Below are positions 1 to 12,995 of a DNA stretch of 64,000 nt, piece after piece. The translations under genes and the position numbers were made by a program. Within the stretch, counting starts at the first letter, position 1. Each line of letters begins with the position of its first letter. Location of the stretch: NCBI GenBank assembly GCA_001029735.1, contig CP011213.1, positions 784,298 to 848,297 of the forward strand. Reading direction: 5' to 3'. This stretch comes from Berkelbacteria bacterium GW2011_GWE1_39_12 (GTDB taxonomy: Bacteria; Patescibacteriota; UBA1384; UBA12157). Below the pieces are notes generated by a model that was not told the origin of the DNA, made no database searches, and was given only the letters and a program-made list of their open reading frames with translations.

Positions 1-1
1 A

Positions 2-1278
<1,277 letters not shown>

Positions 1279-1285
1279 GATTAAA

Positions 1286-1504
1286 ATGGCTAATATTAAA
1301 CAACCAAAACCAAATCAATCAGAAAATAATGACGAAGAAATCTTAAAACCAAATGTTTTATTAGAAACTGAAAAAGAACATAAAGATTGGTATGACAGAA
1401 ATGCTGGCAAGATGCGCGGCAAGCCTCAAATGGTTAATAAAGAAATTAAGAAAGAAAAAGGTTCAGGCAAGCATTCTCTAAGGAAGGAAAAGCAAAATGG
1501 CTGA
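1286..1504 (+). CDS. small charged hypothetical protein between gyrB and gyrA
   Basis: 72-aa ORF with AAGGA RBS; overlaps the gyrA start. Confidence 0.55.
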   Translation: MANIKQPKPNQSENNDEEILKPNVLLETEKEHKDWYDRNAGKMRGKPQMVNKEIKKEKGSGKHSLRKEKQNG

Positions 1505-4500
1505 CGAACAAGATAAAACAAACGACGAAGAAATAACAGATGCAGACGAAAAAGCGGAAGAAGTAGAAACGGAAGATTCTGAAACTTCAGAACCAGTGGA
1601 CGTTTCTAACCTTTCAGAAGACGAATTAAATCCGGAAAAAATTGCAGAAGAAGAGGCCGTTTTTGATTTTGGCGCAGAGACAGATCCGGATGAAAAAACC
1701 GACTATGGTTTGATGCGCCCGCGTACCCTGGAAATCGAAATGCAGGAGTCGTATCTTTCCTATGCCATGACTGTTATTATTTCGCGTGCTTTGCCAGACG
1801 TTCGTGACGGCTTAAAACCAGTTCACCGTCGGGTTCTGTTTTCCATGCATGAATTAGGACTAAGTTCAAAAGCTAAATTCAGGAAATGTGCCACTGTGGT
1901 TGGAGACGTTTTGGGTAAGTATCATCCACATGGTGACGTTGCGGTTTATGACACTTTAGCTCGTATGGCTCAGGACTTTTCAATGCGTTACAGATTAGTC
2001 GATGGTCAAGGAAACTTTGGTTCGATTGACGGTGATTCTCCGGCTGCCATGCGTTACACTGAAGCCCGAATGGCATCGATGGCCGAAGAATTATTGACCG
2101 ATATTGAAAAGGATACGGTTGATTTTGTGCCGAACTATGATGGCACAAGACAAGAACCAAGAGTTTTACCTTCACGTGTGCCTAACCTCTTATTAAATGG
2201 AGCCATGGGTATTGCTGTGGGTATGGCGACCAATATTCCACCGCATAATCTAACCGAAATAATCGACGGCACTATTCACGTAATCGATAATCCTGAATGT
2301 ACTGTCGAAGACTTGATGCAATTTGTCAAAGGACCGGATTTTCCAACCGGTGCCGAAATCTATGGTTTGGAACAGATTAAGGCCGCTTATACCATGGGTA
2401 AGGGGAGTATTGTGATGCGAGCTGTGGCCAACATTGAAGAAGTAAAGCGCGGCGGTTTTCGTATTATTATTTCTGAAATTCCTTACCAGGTAAATAAAGC
2501 TGAGTTGATTTTGAAAATTGCCGATTTGGTTAAAGATAAAAGAATTGACGGCATTTCCGGACTTCGCGATGAATCTGACAGAACTGAAGGTGTCCGTATT
2601 GTTATCGATCTGAAATCATCGGCCTATCCAAAGAAAATTTTGAATCGCTTATATGATTTAACGCCAATGCAAACTGCCTTCCATGTTAATATGTTGGCAT
2701 TAATCGACGGCATTCAACCGCGTGTTTTAACCTTGAAAAACGTTTTGGAAGAATATGTTAAGCATCGTCAAAAAGTCATTCGCCGTCGGGTAGAATATGA
2801 TTTAAGAAAAGCCAAAGAGCGTGCTCATATTTTGGAAGGCTTGAGAATTGCCCTGGCTCGAATTGATGAAGTTATTACTGTAATTAAAAAGAGTGCCAAT
2901 CGTGAGGAAGCCTTAAAAGCTTTGGTGGAAAAATTTGAGTTAACTCTCATTCAAGGTGGCGCCATTTTGGATATGAGACTTTCCGCCTTGGCCGCTTTGG
3001 AAGTTAAAAAAATTGAAGATGAATATCAGGCCTTATTAAAATTCATTGGTGAATGCGAAACCATTTTGAGCGACGAAAAGAAAATCCTCGCTATTATTAA
3101 AAAAGAATTAATTGAAGTCCGCGATAAGTTTAAGAGCGAACGCAAGACCAAAATATTCGATCAAGAAATCGGTAAGTTCCGCGCCGAAGATTTAATTCCT
3201 TCAGAGCAGGTAATCGTGATGCTTTCAAAAGGAAATTACATCAAACGTATGCCGGTTTCAGCTTACCGTAGTCAAGTTCGTGGCGGTAAAGGTGTTATGG
3301 GTATGGAAACCAAAGAAGAAGATACCATCGAACATTTAGTGGCAGCCAATACTCACGACGATGTTTTGTTTTTTACCGATCGCGGCCGCTTATTCCAAGC
3401 CAAAGTTTATGATATCCCGTCGGCTTCGCGTATTTCCAAAGGTCAGGCATTGGTAAATATTTTACAAATGTCGCCGGATGAGAAAGTGACAGCTGTTATT
3501 ACTTTGGATGCCAAAAACGAAGCTTTGAAATACTTTGTCATGGCTACGGAAAAAGGCGTGATTAAAAAAACAGAAATCGAACTTTATAAAAATGTTCGAA
3601 AAACCGGTATTGTTGCTATTAAATTGGGTGCCGGTGATAAATTGAAGTGGGTAAAAACCACCTCAGGCACAGACAAGATTTTTATGGCTTCTAGCCGAGG
3701 CCAATCGATTCTATATAACGAAACAGATATCCGCCCAATGGGTCGCAGCGCCGCCGGTGTTCGTGGAATTTTACTGAAGGGTGAAGATAAAGCTGTTGGC
3801 ATCGATGTGATTTTACCAAGCCTGGAAGAAAAAGCATTCGTTTTGGTCGTTATGGAAAACGGGCTAGGTAAGCGCACCCCATTAACGCATTTTAAGGTTC
3901 AGCTCCGTGGTGGTATGGGAATTCGTGTGGCTGCGGTTACTGCCAGAACTGGTAAAGTTGTGGCTATGCATGTGGTTTATGGCGATAAAGTTGACGTCAT
4001 TTTAGCTACCAAGAATGGTCAGATGATTCGAATGCCAATGGATACAATTAAAATTTTAAGTCGAGATACACAAGGCGTTACGCTGGTAAAACTAAAGGAT
4101 AATGATAAAGTCGCTTCGGTTACGGTTGTAACAAAGAGTGCCGAGGAATTAGTTCAGCAAATTCCAGGAGAAGAAGCTGTTGTTCAAGTGCCGCAAAAAG
4201 AAGATCGTCCAGTTCAGGAAGTACCAAAGCTTCAAGAATTTGACACTAAGGCCGAAATTGAACGAGAAGCGGAAGAAATGAAACTACACTCCGATGTTGG
4301 TGAAGGGCCAGATGACGACGATTCTGGAGAATCGGGAACAGCTTCGGAAGAATCGGGAACAGCTGATGATAAAAATATAAAAGCTCAGAGTAAAAAAACT
4401 GCAGAAGGCGACAAAATTGTTAAAGATGAATATTCCAAGCAAGTTGAAGTAAAGAAAACTGATAAGTTGCCCGAGTGGGCTAAATCACACAAAGATACTT

Positions 4501-4667
4501 GGCGTGAACCTTCGGTAACCAAATTAGGGAAGACTAAAGTTCACGACTACAAGGAAGGTGATGTCCCAAACCCTGAAGATTTGAAAAAAAATCTGAAGAA
4601 GTCAGAACCAGAAGATCAGAATTATTGGGGTGCCAAAGGTGATAAAGGACAAGGCAATTTGTTCTAA
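1497..4667 (+). CDS. gyrA: DNA gyrase subunit A with long acidic N- and C-terminal extensions
   Basis: [21 protein letters not shown], catalytic AAMRYTE, GyrA-box QVRGGKG. Confidence 0.98.
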   Translation: MADEQDKTNDEEITDADEKAEEVETEDSETSEPVDVSNLSEDELNPEKIAEEEAVFDFGAETDPDEKTDYGLMRPRTLEIEMQESYLSYAMTVIISRALPDVRDGLKPVHRRVLFSMHELGLSSKAKFRKCATVVGDVLGKYHPHGDVAVYDTLARMAQDFSMRYRLVDGQGNFGSIDGDSPAAMRYTEARMASMAEELLTDIEKDTVDFVPNYDGTRQEPRVLPSRVPNLLLNGAMGIAVGMATNIPPHNLTEIIDGTIHVIDNPECTVEDLMQFVKGPDFPTGAEIYGLEQIKAAYTMGKGSIVMRAVANIEEVKRGGFRIIISEIPYQVNKAELILKIADLVKDKRIDGISGLRDESDRTEGVRIVIDLKSSAYPKKILNRLYDLTPMQTAFHVNMLALIDGIQPRVLTLKNVLEEYVKHRQKVIRRRVEYDLRKAKERAHILEGLRIALARIDEVITVIKKSANREEALKALVEKFELTLIQGGAILDMRLSALAALEVKKIEDEYQALLKFIGECETILSDEKKILAIIKKELIEVRDKFKSERKTKIFDQEIGKFRAEDLIPSEQVIVMLSKGNYIKRMPVSAYRSQVRGGKGVMGMETKEEDTIEHLVAANTHDDVLFFTDRGRLFQAKVYDIPSASRISKGQALVNILQMSPDEKVTAVITLDAKNEALKYFVMATEKGVIKKTEIELYKNVRKTGIVAIKLGAGDKLKWVKTTSGTDKIFMASSRGQSILYNETDIRPMGRSAAGVRGILLKGEDKAVGIDVILPSLEEKAFVLVVMENGLGKRTPLTHFKVQLRGGMGIRVAAVTARTGKVVAMHVVYGDKVDVILATKNGQMIRMPMDTIKILSRDTQGVTLVKLKDNDKVASVTVVTKSAEELVQQIPGEEAVVQVPQKEDRPVQEVPKLQEFDTKAEIEREAEEMKLHSDVGEGPDDDDSGESGTASEESGTADDKNIKAQSKKTAEGDKIVKDEYSKQVEVKKTDKLPEWAKSHKDTWREPSVTKLGKTKVHDYKEGDVPNPEDLKKNLKKSEPEDQNYWGAKGDKGQGNLF

Positions 4668-4678
4668 CAGATTTTATC

Positions 4679-4705
4679 GTCATTGCGAGCAAAGCGAAGC
4701 AATCT
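4679..4705. repeat. REP-like palindromic element, half copy
   Basis: GTCATTGCGAGCAAAGCGAAGCAATCT; matches the left arm of the 26417-26481 element. Confidence 0.75.
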
Positions 4706-4719
4706 GAATCTGGTTATTT

Positions 4720-4753
4720 AAAAAAGAGGCAGGAGCTATTTTCTGGCCTCTTT
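4720..4753 (-). terminator. intrinsic terminator between convergent genes
   Basis: AAAGAGGC...GCCTCTTT stem with an A-run on its left side. Confidence 0.65.
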
Positions 4754-4768
4754 GGGTTAAATCGGGGA

Positions 4769-5203
4769 TTATGATTCAGGTTCTATCATTTCTCCATTGA
4801 AGATGATTCTGCCTTCTTCTGTTAACTCCACCTTCTTCGCATGGGGGATAATGGAGTATGTGGAGATTTTTTCGAGACACGATTTTTCCTCGTCGGTAGG
4901 AAGATAGTTATCGTGAAAACCGAATTTGATTTCGTCTGTTTTTTCGATGTACTTTAACCCTACAAGTATCTTCTTTTCTGGATTTTCGCCGAGAAAGAAA
5001 CATCCGACCGAATCGTAATACATCTCGAAATCAATTCCGCACCAGGCTCCTTTGAGGAAGGTTGCTTTGGGTGAAGTTGTGATGGATTGGATTTGTTCCA
5101 TAGCTCTATCAAATCTTAAAGAACCTCCTCTTAGCCTCCTCACCAAATCCTCAAATCGTCGGAAAAGATGTCCTAGCTGCTCATCAGTGATAGCATTTGC
5201 CAT
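4769..5203 (-). CDS. hypothetical protein (stand-alone cassette)
   Basis: Probable start MANAITDEQ at 5203 after AAGGAGG; own promoter and terminator. Confidence 0.75.
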   Translation of the reverse strand: MANAITDEQLGHLFRRFEDLVRRLRGGSLRFDRAMEQIQSITTSPKATFLKGAWCGIDFEMYYDSVGCFFLGENPEKKILVGLKYIEKTDEIKFGFHDNYLPTDEEKSCLEKISTYSIIPHAKKVELTEEGRIIFNGEMIEPES

Positions 5204-5255
5204 CTGGATAAGCCTCCTTAATACAATACTCACTGTCTCTGACTGTGGCGCCAAA

Positions 5256-5284
5256 AGTATAGCAAAAATTGCCCAATAGGTCAA
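5256..5284 (-). promoter_or_regulatory. sigma70 promoter
   Basis: TTGACC-17-TATACT. Confidence 0.7.
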
Positions 5285-5345
5285 GATATTAATTGATTTC
5301 TTCTTCCTTGCCTTTTACTCCTGAAAGATGTAGAATAGGGTCAGT

Positions 5346-5453
5346 ATGGCAAGAAAGCAAGTTTCTTGCGCGGAAATTTTTTGACTATTTATATTTGAAT
5401 TGGAATAAAATTATGGCTAAATAGATTTAGCGCGGAAATTTTAAAAAATTATG
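5346..5453 (+). other. two tandem copies of the hairpin-GCGGA-hairpin-ATG element upstream of infB
   Basis: ATG GCAAGAAA gcaag TTTCTTGC GCGGA AATTTT..AAAATT ATG GCTAAAT ag ATTTAGC GCGGA AATTT taaa AAATT ATG. Confidence 0.85.
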
Positions 5454-7298
5454 GCAAGAAAAATACACAAAATGAGTAAAAAAGAGGCGAAAGCGGATTC
5501 AAAACGCGTATCTTTTGTTACGCAACAAAATGAGAATCGCCAACAGGTTATACAGCAGACCGAAAATAAAGTGGTGGAAGCACCATCGGTTTTGAGTGTA
5601 CGCGAATTCGCCGAATTACTTAAAGTGCCTGTTACTGAAATTATTGGCGCGTTGGTAAAAAATGGCGTTATGGCGACTATCAACGAATCGATTGATTACG
5701 ATACCATGTCAATTATTGCCGACGGTTTAGGTTTTTCTTTAACTGAAAAAGCCGAAGAAGAAATTAAACTCGAAACCAAAAATACAAAAAAGCATTTAAC
5801 CACTCGTCCTCCGGTTGTCACGGTTATGGGACATGTTGATCACGGTAAAACCATGCTTTTGGATGCAATCCGCCACACCGACGTTATTTCAACAGAATCA
5901 GGTGGAATTACTCAGCATATTGGTGCTTACCAAGTTACAGTAAAACGTGAAAATAAAGAACGTACGCTCACATTTTTAGATACTCCAGGTCATGAGGCTT
6001 TTTCCGCGATGCGTGCTCATGGCGCCAATATTACCGATGTTGTCGTTTTGGTGGTGGCGGCCAACGATGGCGTAAAACCTCAAACCATTGAAGCTATCAA
6101 CCATGCCAAAGCGGCTTCTGTTCCAGTGGTTGTAGCAATTAATAAAATTGATTTACCGGACTCTGATATTGATCGAGTTAAAAGACAATTGGCTGACAAT
6201 GGGCTTCTTTCCGAAGAATGGGGCGGCGATGTGCCGATGGTCCCAGTTTCAGCGAAAAACAAAGAAAATATTGATGAAATAATTGATATGATTTTGTTGG
6301 TTGCAGATTTGAAAGAATTGAAAGCAGACGCGACCTTACCAGCCACTGGCGTGGTGATAGAATCACACATGCAAGCTGGCCGCGGTCCGATTGCTACAAT
6401 TCTAATTCAAGAAGGCACATTACATGCCCATGACGTCGTTGTGATTGGTTCGACATATGGCAAAGTTCGTATCATGGAAAACTATTTAGGTAAAAAGATT
6501 TCTGAAGCAACTCCTTCAATGCCAGTGAGAATTGCTGGTCTTCAAGAAGTGCCAAACTTTGGTGATCGTGTTTTAGCAGTGGCAGACGAAAAAGAAGCCA
6601 AAGAATTAACCAAAGTAAAATCTATCAAACGAAAAGTTTTGTCGATTGGTGAGCTATCCCGTGATATTAAAGCTGGCAAAATTAAAGAATTAAAATTGAT
6701 TTTGAAAGCTGATGTCGCTGGATCTTTGGAAGCCATAAAAAAATCACTTAATGAAATTTCTAACGAAGAAGTAAAAATAAACGTTTTACATGAAGGTGTC
6801 GGCGATATTACTGAATCTGATGTAAACATGGCCTTGGCCTCCGAAGCGTTAGTAATTGGCTTTCGTGTCAAAGCATCGAGTGATGTGATGAATTTGGCGC
6901 GTCGAGAAAATGTTAAAATCAGTATTTATGATATTATCTATCAATTATTAGACGACTTAACCGCCGCTCTTTCAGGCTTATTAGAACCTGAAATCGTGGA
7001 AACTGAAATTGGCCGCATGAAAATTCTGGCTATCTTCAAGGTTCACCGCAACGAAAAAATTGTTGGCGGTAAGGTTACATCGGGTAAAATTGAAAATAAT
7101 TGTGAAGTTAAAATCGTTCGCGATAAAGAAACTATTGGAGAAGGAAAAATTGTTTCTTTGCAGCAAAATATGAAAGACGCTCGCGAAGTACTCGAAAACT
7201 TTGAGTGTGGTCTTAAAGTTGAGACCGAAATTAAACTCGCCGAAGATGATTCTCTTGAATGCTACAGAAAAGAAGAGCGAGTCCGTAGACTGTGCTAA
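5451..7298 (+). CDS. infB: translation initiation factor IF-2 (short N-terminus)
   Basis: [34 protein letters not shown]. Confidence 0.98.
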   Translation: MARKIHKMSKKEAKADSKRVSFVTQQNENRQQVIQQTENKVVEAPSVLSVREFAELLKVPVTEIIGALVKNGVMATINESIDYDTMSIIADGLGFSLTEKAEEEIKLETKNTKKHLTTRPPVVTVMGHVDHGKTMLLDAIRHTDVISTESGGITQHIGAYQVTVKRENKERTLTFLDTPGHEAFSAMRAHGANITDVVVLVVAANDGVKPQTIEAINHAKAASVPVVVAINKIDLPDSDIDRVKRQLADNGLLSEEWGGDVPMVPVSAKNKENIDEIIDMILLVADLKELKADATLPATGVVIESHMQAGRGPIATILIQEGTLHAHDVVVIGSTYGKVRIMENYLGKKISEATPSMPVRIAGLQEVPNFGDRVLAVADEKEAKELTKVKSIKRKVLSIGELSRDIKAGKIKELKLILKADVAGSLEAIKKSLNEISNEEVKINVLHEGVGDITESDVNMALASEALVIGFRVKASSDVMNLARRENVKISIYDIIYQLLDDLTAALSGLLEPEIVETEIGRMKILAIFKVHRNEKIVGGKVTSGKIENNCEVKIVRDKETIGEGKIVSLQQNMKDAREVLENFECGLKVETEIKLAEDDSLECYRKEERVRRLC

Positions 7299-7359
7299 AA
7301 TATTTTTTGATCTAATAAAAAAGCTCCGATCTTGAAAACCGAAGCTTGATTTGGCGTGT

Positions 7360-7734
7360 TTAGTTTGATATTGCCGGATGTTCCAAGTCCCATTGGAGTA
7401 GCTTGGACTCGAATCGGCTGGCGACCTTGACGACGAACTTTCTGGTGACTCTCGCCCAAAGAGCGTCTCTGACCTCTTTTTCAGTTTCGCAATGCTCCGT
7501 GATGACTTTTTGAATAGCATTTTGAGCTGAATCTACTGTCACATTTACAGAATCCGACGGCACAAAACCGATTGTCTTGATAAGCTCGATGGCTAAATCG
7601 GATGTCAACCGATCGGTCATCTCATCGGTGCCGTCAGAAGCATCTAGTATGATCTGATCTGCTATCTCCACGGCTTTTCTGACTGTTTCCTGCCTTTCAT
7701 ACCCTATTCGCATTTGTGTATCTCGGTCTATCAT
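7360..7734 (-). CDS. hypothetical protein (stand-alone cassette)
   Basis: ATG after GGAGGGT; promoter TTGACT-17-TAAAAT at 7773-7801. Confidence 0.7.
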   Translation of the reverse strand: MIDRDTQMRIGYERQETVRKAVEIADQIILDASDGTDEMTDRLTSDLAIELIKTIGFVPSDSVNVTVDSAQNAIQKVITEHCETEKEVRDALWARVTRKFVVKVASRFESKLLQWDLEHPAISN

Positions 7735-7843
7735 TATACCCTCCGTCATCTGATTCGAAAATCTTCACTGTGATTTTACGCTTATTCACTCAAAAAGTCA
7801 AGACAAAAACACTGGTGAGATTTGTCTTAAAATGATTTTAGAA

Positions 7844-8770
7844 CTATTGTTTAATACAAGTATTGTATTTATCGACTTGAGTATTGTATGTATCACTTTC
7901 GGTTTGTATTTCTTTTGACAAACTGTCGGCTTGTGCTTGGAGGTCTTTTGCTTTTGCAGTGTCAGCGTCGGCTGTTTCACGAAGCGTTGTACCTTCATCC
8001 CAATATGGTTGTGCTTGAGTTTTGTCTTCTGTTTGAGTATATATTTCATTGCCTTGTTTTATCTTATCGTTTGCTTGGGCATTCATATTTGACGCTTCGG
8101 CGTAAAGAGCGTTTATTTGACTAGCCAAACTTTCATATATATTTTTTTTGTCATTGATATCTTGAAGGATGTTTGAATTGGGGCTCTTGCAATTTGGCAG
8201 GGGCTTACCGAATTCTTGAACTGCAAGCCAGGTCTTACCTCTATTCTCAAAGGTATCTAAACCGGTATAAATACCGATTTCCGTATACTCATTATTTAAT
8301 ATATTTGCCCTATGCCCAGGACTCGCCATCCAGGCATCCACCAAATCTTTTTCATCTTTAAAATCGCCCAAGGCCAAATTTTCGCCAGTGGTTTTGTAAT
8401 TGTAGCCGGTAGCGCTAACCAAATCGGAAGGGGAAACACCGGTAGGGGAAACATGCTCAAAATATTGATTGGTAAACATGTCATCGGTTTTTTTCTGAGC
8501 GGCAGTTACTAAAACAGTATTTGTTTTTAAGGCTAGTAAATTTTCGTCGGCGCGATATTTATTGGTCCAATCTAATACTTTGATGGGATCAAGTGTCTTA
8601 GCTTTTTCTGTGGTTTTTGGGCCAAAAAGTTGGCCTGGGAGACCAGTTGTTATTTTAGATGTACTTGTCTTAGAAAAATATTTTTTGTAAACAAAGTAAC
8701 TAGCCGTGCAAAACCCGCCTAAAATAATAACAATTAAGATAGTTAATAATATCTTTTTATTCAATTCCAT
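7844..8770 (-). CDS. membrane-anchored CAP/SCP-domain protein with C-terminal coiled coil
   Basis: N-terminal TM helix; YFEH, GENLA and WMASPGHRANIL motifs. Confidence 0.92.
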   Translation of the reverse strand: MELNKKILLTILIVIILGGFCTASYFVYKKYFSKTSTSKITTGLPGQLFGPKTTEKAKTLDPIKVLDWTNKYRADENLLALKTNTVLVTAAQKKTDDMFTNQYFEHVSPTGVSPSDLVSATGYNYKTTGENLALGDFKDEKDLVDAWMASPGHRANILNNEYTEIGIYTGLDTFENRGKTWLAVQEFGKPLPNCKSPNSNILQDINDKKNIYESLASQINALYAEASNMNAQANDKIKQGNEIYTQTEDKTQAQPYWDEGTTLRETADADTAKAKDLQAQADSLSKEIQTESDTYNTQVDKYNTCIKQ

Positions 8771-8813
8771 AATTTGCTTTGCAAATTTCCGCGAATTATT
8801 ATATTAATTCTAT
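8768..8813 (-). other. hairpin-GCGGA-hairpin-ATG element
   Basis: Minus strand reads ATA GAATTA atataa TAATTC GCGGA AATTTGC aaa GCAAATT ATG. Confidence 0.85.
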
Positions 8814-8878
8814 TTTACCAAAAATTTGGTTTCTTTTTTAGAACTAAAGCGGTATACTTTATATATATTAGGAGTATT

Positions 8879-9724
8879 TTGACTCAAACAGCGACTGAAC
8901 AAGCGATTTCACAAGTTCTTGGCGCTTCAGATAGGGCCAATTTTTTCGTAACTCAATTTAATTTTCGTGATCATCCCTACGAAATTTTAGATATTTTATT
9001 AGTAGCTATTCTCTTTTATTGGATCTATCTATTGCTAAAAGAAACCCGGGCAATGAGAATCCTATACGGTATTGCCATCCTTGCCATAATCATGCTTTTA
9101 GGCCGAATTTTGCAATTGGCAGCTCTGAATTTTATTTTAACTTATGTATTAGCGGGTTTAGTTGTGGCTATTCCGGTCTTATTCCAGCCTGAGCTAAGAG
9201 CCGCCTTAGAACGTCTTGGCAGGCCTCGATTTAACACCGGTGGGCTAAAACAGAATAAATTAAACCAAGTTGTGACAGAAGTGGTTGCCGCTGTTTCAGC
9301 ACTTTCGGAAAAAAGACAGGGCGGTATTTTTGTGATGGCGCGTCAAACTGGATTGCGCGATGTCATTTCTTCCGGCGTTCTTATTAATGCGGAAGTGACT
9401 AGACAATTATTAGTTAATATTTTTGCGCCAAAGACGCCTTTGCATGACGGCGCGGTTATTATTACTGCGGATAAAATCACTGCGGCTAATTGTTGGTTAC
9501 CATTACCACAGCAAGAATTTAAATTAGATTTAGGAACAAGACACCGAGCCGCCGCCGGTATAACGGCCGAAACAGATGCCATTGTGGTAGTAGTTTCGGA
9601 AGAAACTGGCCGTATTTCGTTGGCGGTCAGCGGAAACTTAACCGTAGGCCTTTCCCCTCAGCAACTGGGAGAATTTTTAGAAGGGCTGCTTTCGCATAGG
9701 ATGGAAGGGATAACAACAGGGTGA
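8879..9724 (+). CDS. cdaA: diadenylate cyclase CdaA/DacA
   Basis: Three N-terminal TM helices, FQPELRAALE, PLHDGAV, LGTRHRAA, VSEETG; probable TTG start after GGAG. Confidence 0.95.
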   Translation: MTQTATEQAISQVLGASDRANFFVTQFNFRDHPYEILDILLVAILFYWIYLLLKETRAMRILYGIAILAIIMLLGRILQLAALNFILTYVLAGLVVAIPVLFQPELRAALERLGRPRFNTGGLKQNKLNQVVTEVVAAVSALSEKRQGGIFVMARQTGLRDVISSGVLINAEVTRQLLVNIFAPKTPLHDGAVIITADKITAANCWLPLPQQEFKLDLGTRHRAAAGITAETDAIVVVVSEETGRISLAVSGNLTVGLSPQQLGEFLEGLLSHRMEGITTG

Positions 9725-10941
9725 AAAATTTTCTTCAAAAAATATTTGGCAATTTTTGGGCAAAAATTTTCTGCCTTATTTTGGCTGGTGCCCTTTGGCT
9801 TTATGTTGGCGTTGGCCAAACTAAAAGCAGCACTTTCCCTGGCGGCGTGCCACTGCAATTAAGAAATGTGCCACAGGGCTTGGTGCCGGTTACCGATGTT
9901 GATAAAGTGAAGGTTGATGTGGTTACTCAAAATGATGTCTTTAATAGTCTAAATGCAGATTCTTTTTCCGCCTATTTAGATTTGACGGGTCTTTCAGTTG
10001 GCACATACGATGTGAAGGTGACTATTGTGACTGCCGTAGCCAATGTTCAAATTGTTGAAACAAATCCTTCGACTGTAACCATTAGATTAGAACCTAAGGT
10101 CGAAAAAGAAGTTCAAATTAGCTGTTTGTTCGATGGTCAGGCCGGGACAGGCATGGCACCAGGCCAATGCGGTTTTGAGCCGAGTACTGTTAAAATATCC
10201 GGTGCAAGAAGTGTGGTTAACTCAATAACCGAAACAACGGCAAAAATCCATCTCCAAAATGAAACAGCTGATTTTAAAAAGTCTGTCAGTCTCGTTAGTA
10301 TTGATGCTCGTGGCAATGAAATTAAGAATCTAACCTTCTCTCCAGCCGAGGTTATGGTTACGGTTCCGATTGTGAAAGCCAGTAACATCAAAACTGTGGG
10401 TATAAAAGTTAACACTTCGGGAATCCCTGCCGACGGATATTGGGTCTCCAAAATTGAGTCATCTCCTTCAACTATTACCATTAACGCGGCGGATAACATT
10501 ATTAGTAGCATTAGTTATATCGAAACAGAGCCGATTGATGTAAATAACATCAGCAAAAATAAAACTGTTGAAGTCTCGCTAAAACCGTCTTCGGGAGTCA
10601 GTATTTTAGATAAAATCGATAAAGTGAAGGTAACCTTAACTATTAGCAAGAATCAGTCAACGAGAGAGGTGAATGCCGGCTTTAAATGGCTAAATCTTGC
10701 CGATAATCTAAAAGTGACCTCGGCTGATCCAAGTTCGGTTAAGATTGTGGCTGCCGGCTCACAAGATCAATTAAATAATCTCAACTCAGGTGACATTCTT
10801 GTTCAGGTTGATTTAACTGGCTTTGACGCTCCTGGTACTTATTCTGTTGATATTAGTCGAGCGAATATTTCTGGACCGACAGGTGTCTCAGTTTCGTCGA
10901 TTGTGCCGTCGGCGATCAATATAAGGTTGGATACTAAATAG
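9721..10941 (+). CDS. cdaR: CdaR/YbbR-like regulator
   Basis: N-terminal TM helix plus repeated beta-rich YbbR-like units; overlaps the cdaA stop. Confidence 0.88.
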   Translation: MKNFLQKIFGNFWAKIFCLILAGALWLYVGVGQTKSSTFPGGVPLQLRNVPQGLVPVTDVDKVKVDVVTQNDVFNSLNADSFSAYLDLTGLSVGTYDVKVTIVTAVANVQIVETNPSTVTIRLEPKVEKEVQISCLFDGQAGTGMAPGQCGFEPSTVKISGARSVVNSITETTAKIHLQNETADFKKSVSLVSIDARGNEIKNLTFSPAEVMVTVPIVKASNIKTVGIKVNTSGIPADGYWVSKIESSPSTITINAADNIISSISYIETEPIDVNNISKNKTVEVSLKPSSGVSILDKIDKVKVTLTISKNQSTREVNAGFKWLNLADNLKVTSADPSSVKIVAAGSQDQLNNLNSGDILVQVDLTGFDAPGTYSVDISRANISGPTGVSVSSIVPSAINIRLDTK

Positions 10942-10989
10942 TCCTTGCATCTTCTGGCGCTTTTGCTAATGTAGAAAGTGCCTTTTTAA

Positions 10990-11958
10990 ATGGAGGATAA
11001 GATACTAAATCAAGTCGTGCCTTTTGCTAAAAAAACATATGGAAAGTTAGAGCTCATACAGAAAAAACTCAAAAATCGCACTCCGGATGGTGTCAAAAAT
11101 TTTGTTGGTAAATTCATTTTGCCTTATATGGCAATATTTTTAATTGGGGGTTTTGTCTTGGCAGCGAATTTTGCACATGCAGCAGAAAATACGAACTTTA
11201 TGGTTTCAGATGAAGTGATGGATCTTGAACCGGCAGAAGTTGCAAATGTTGTAAATTCGGTTTCGACCTACACACCAATAGTCCAAGCTGATCCGATTCA
11301 GGTGGCGCTTGCAATGCAAAATAATGATTTTGTTGAAAAACCAAAAGATGTCTTTGAAACGGTCATCACGGAGCAGCCAAAAGAAGTTACTGCTCCTGTG
11401 GTTAGAAAATCGACAACAAATTATGTTGTCAAAGACGGCGACACTTTGTCTAGCATTGGCTGGACTTATGGATTAAAAATTGCTACAATAAAGGCTACCA
11501 ATAATTTGACAAGTGATTCAATCAAACCCGGTCAGACATTAAAGCTGCCGACGGCGGATTTATCACCTGCAGCAATTAAGTTAGCTGCCGATAAAGCATC
11601 AAAGAAGAAGGTAGCTGGTGCCAAGACTGTTAATCGCGCACCAGGATCGTCGAATAACGCCTATCCATATGGCTGGTGTACCTATTACGTGGCTACCAGA
11701 CGATACGTACCGGCACATTGGGGTGATGCTAAGTCATGGTTGTCGTCGGCACAGCGTGCAGGTTATTCAACGGGGAGAGAGCCAGCAGCGGGCGCCATTG
11801 TCGTCACGACAGAGTCTTGGTGGGGACATGTCGCTTATGTCGAATCTGTCCACGGGGATTCGATTACCATTTCAGAAATGAATGCGGTTGGTTGGGGTAT
11901 TAAAAGCTCCAGAGTTCTTTCTGCGCATGCATCAAAAATAAGAGGATATATATATTAA
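10990..11958 (+). CDS. LysM + CHAP peptidoglycan hydrolase
   Basis: LysM YVVKDGDTLSSI; CHAP YGWCTYYV, WGDAKSW, GHVAYVE, SEMN. Confidence 0.92.
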   Translation: MEDKILNQVVPFAKKTYGKLELIQKKLKNRTPDGVKNFVGKFILPYMAIFLIGGFVLAANFAHAAENTNFMVSDEVMDLEPAEVANVVNSVSTYTPIVQADPIQVALAMQNNDFVEKPKDVFETVITEQPKEVTAPVVRKSTTNYVVKDGDTLSSIGWTYGLKIATIKATNNLTSDSIKPGQTLKLPTADLSPAAIKLAADKASKKKVAGAKTVNRAPGSSNNAYPYGWCTYYVATRRYVPAHWGDAKSWLSSAQRAGYSTGREPAAGAIVVTTESWWGHVAYVESVHGDSITISEMNAVGWGIKSSRVLSAHASKIRGYIY

Positions 11959-12957
<999 letters not shown>

Positions 12958-12959
12958 TA

Positions 12960-12991
12960 AAAAATAAAAAACCCAACCGTAAGGTTGGATT
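12960..12991 (-). terminator. intrinsic terminator
   Basis: CCAACC-GTAA-GGTTGG stem with an A-run on its left side. Confidence 0.75.
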
Positions 12992-12995
12992 ATAT

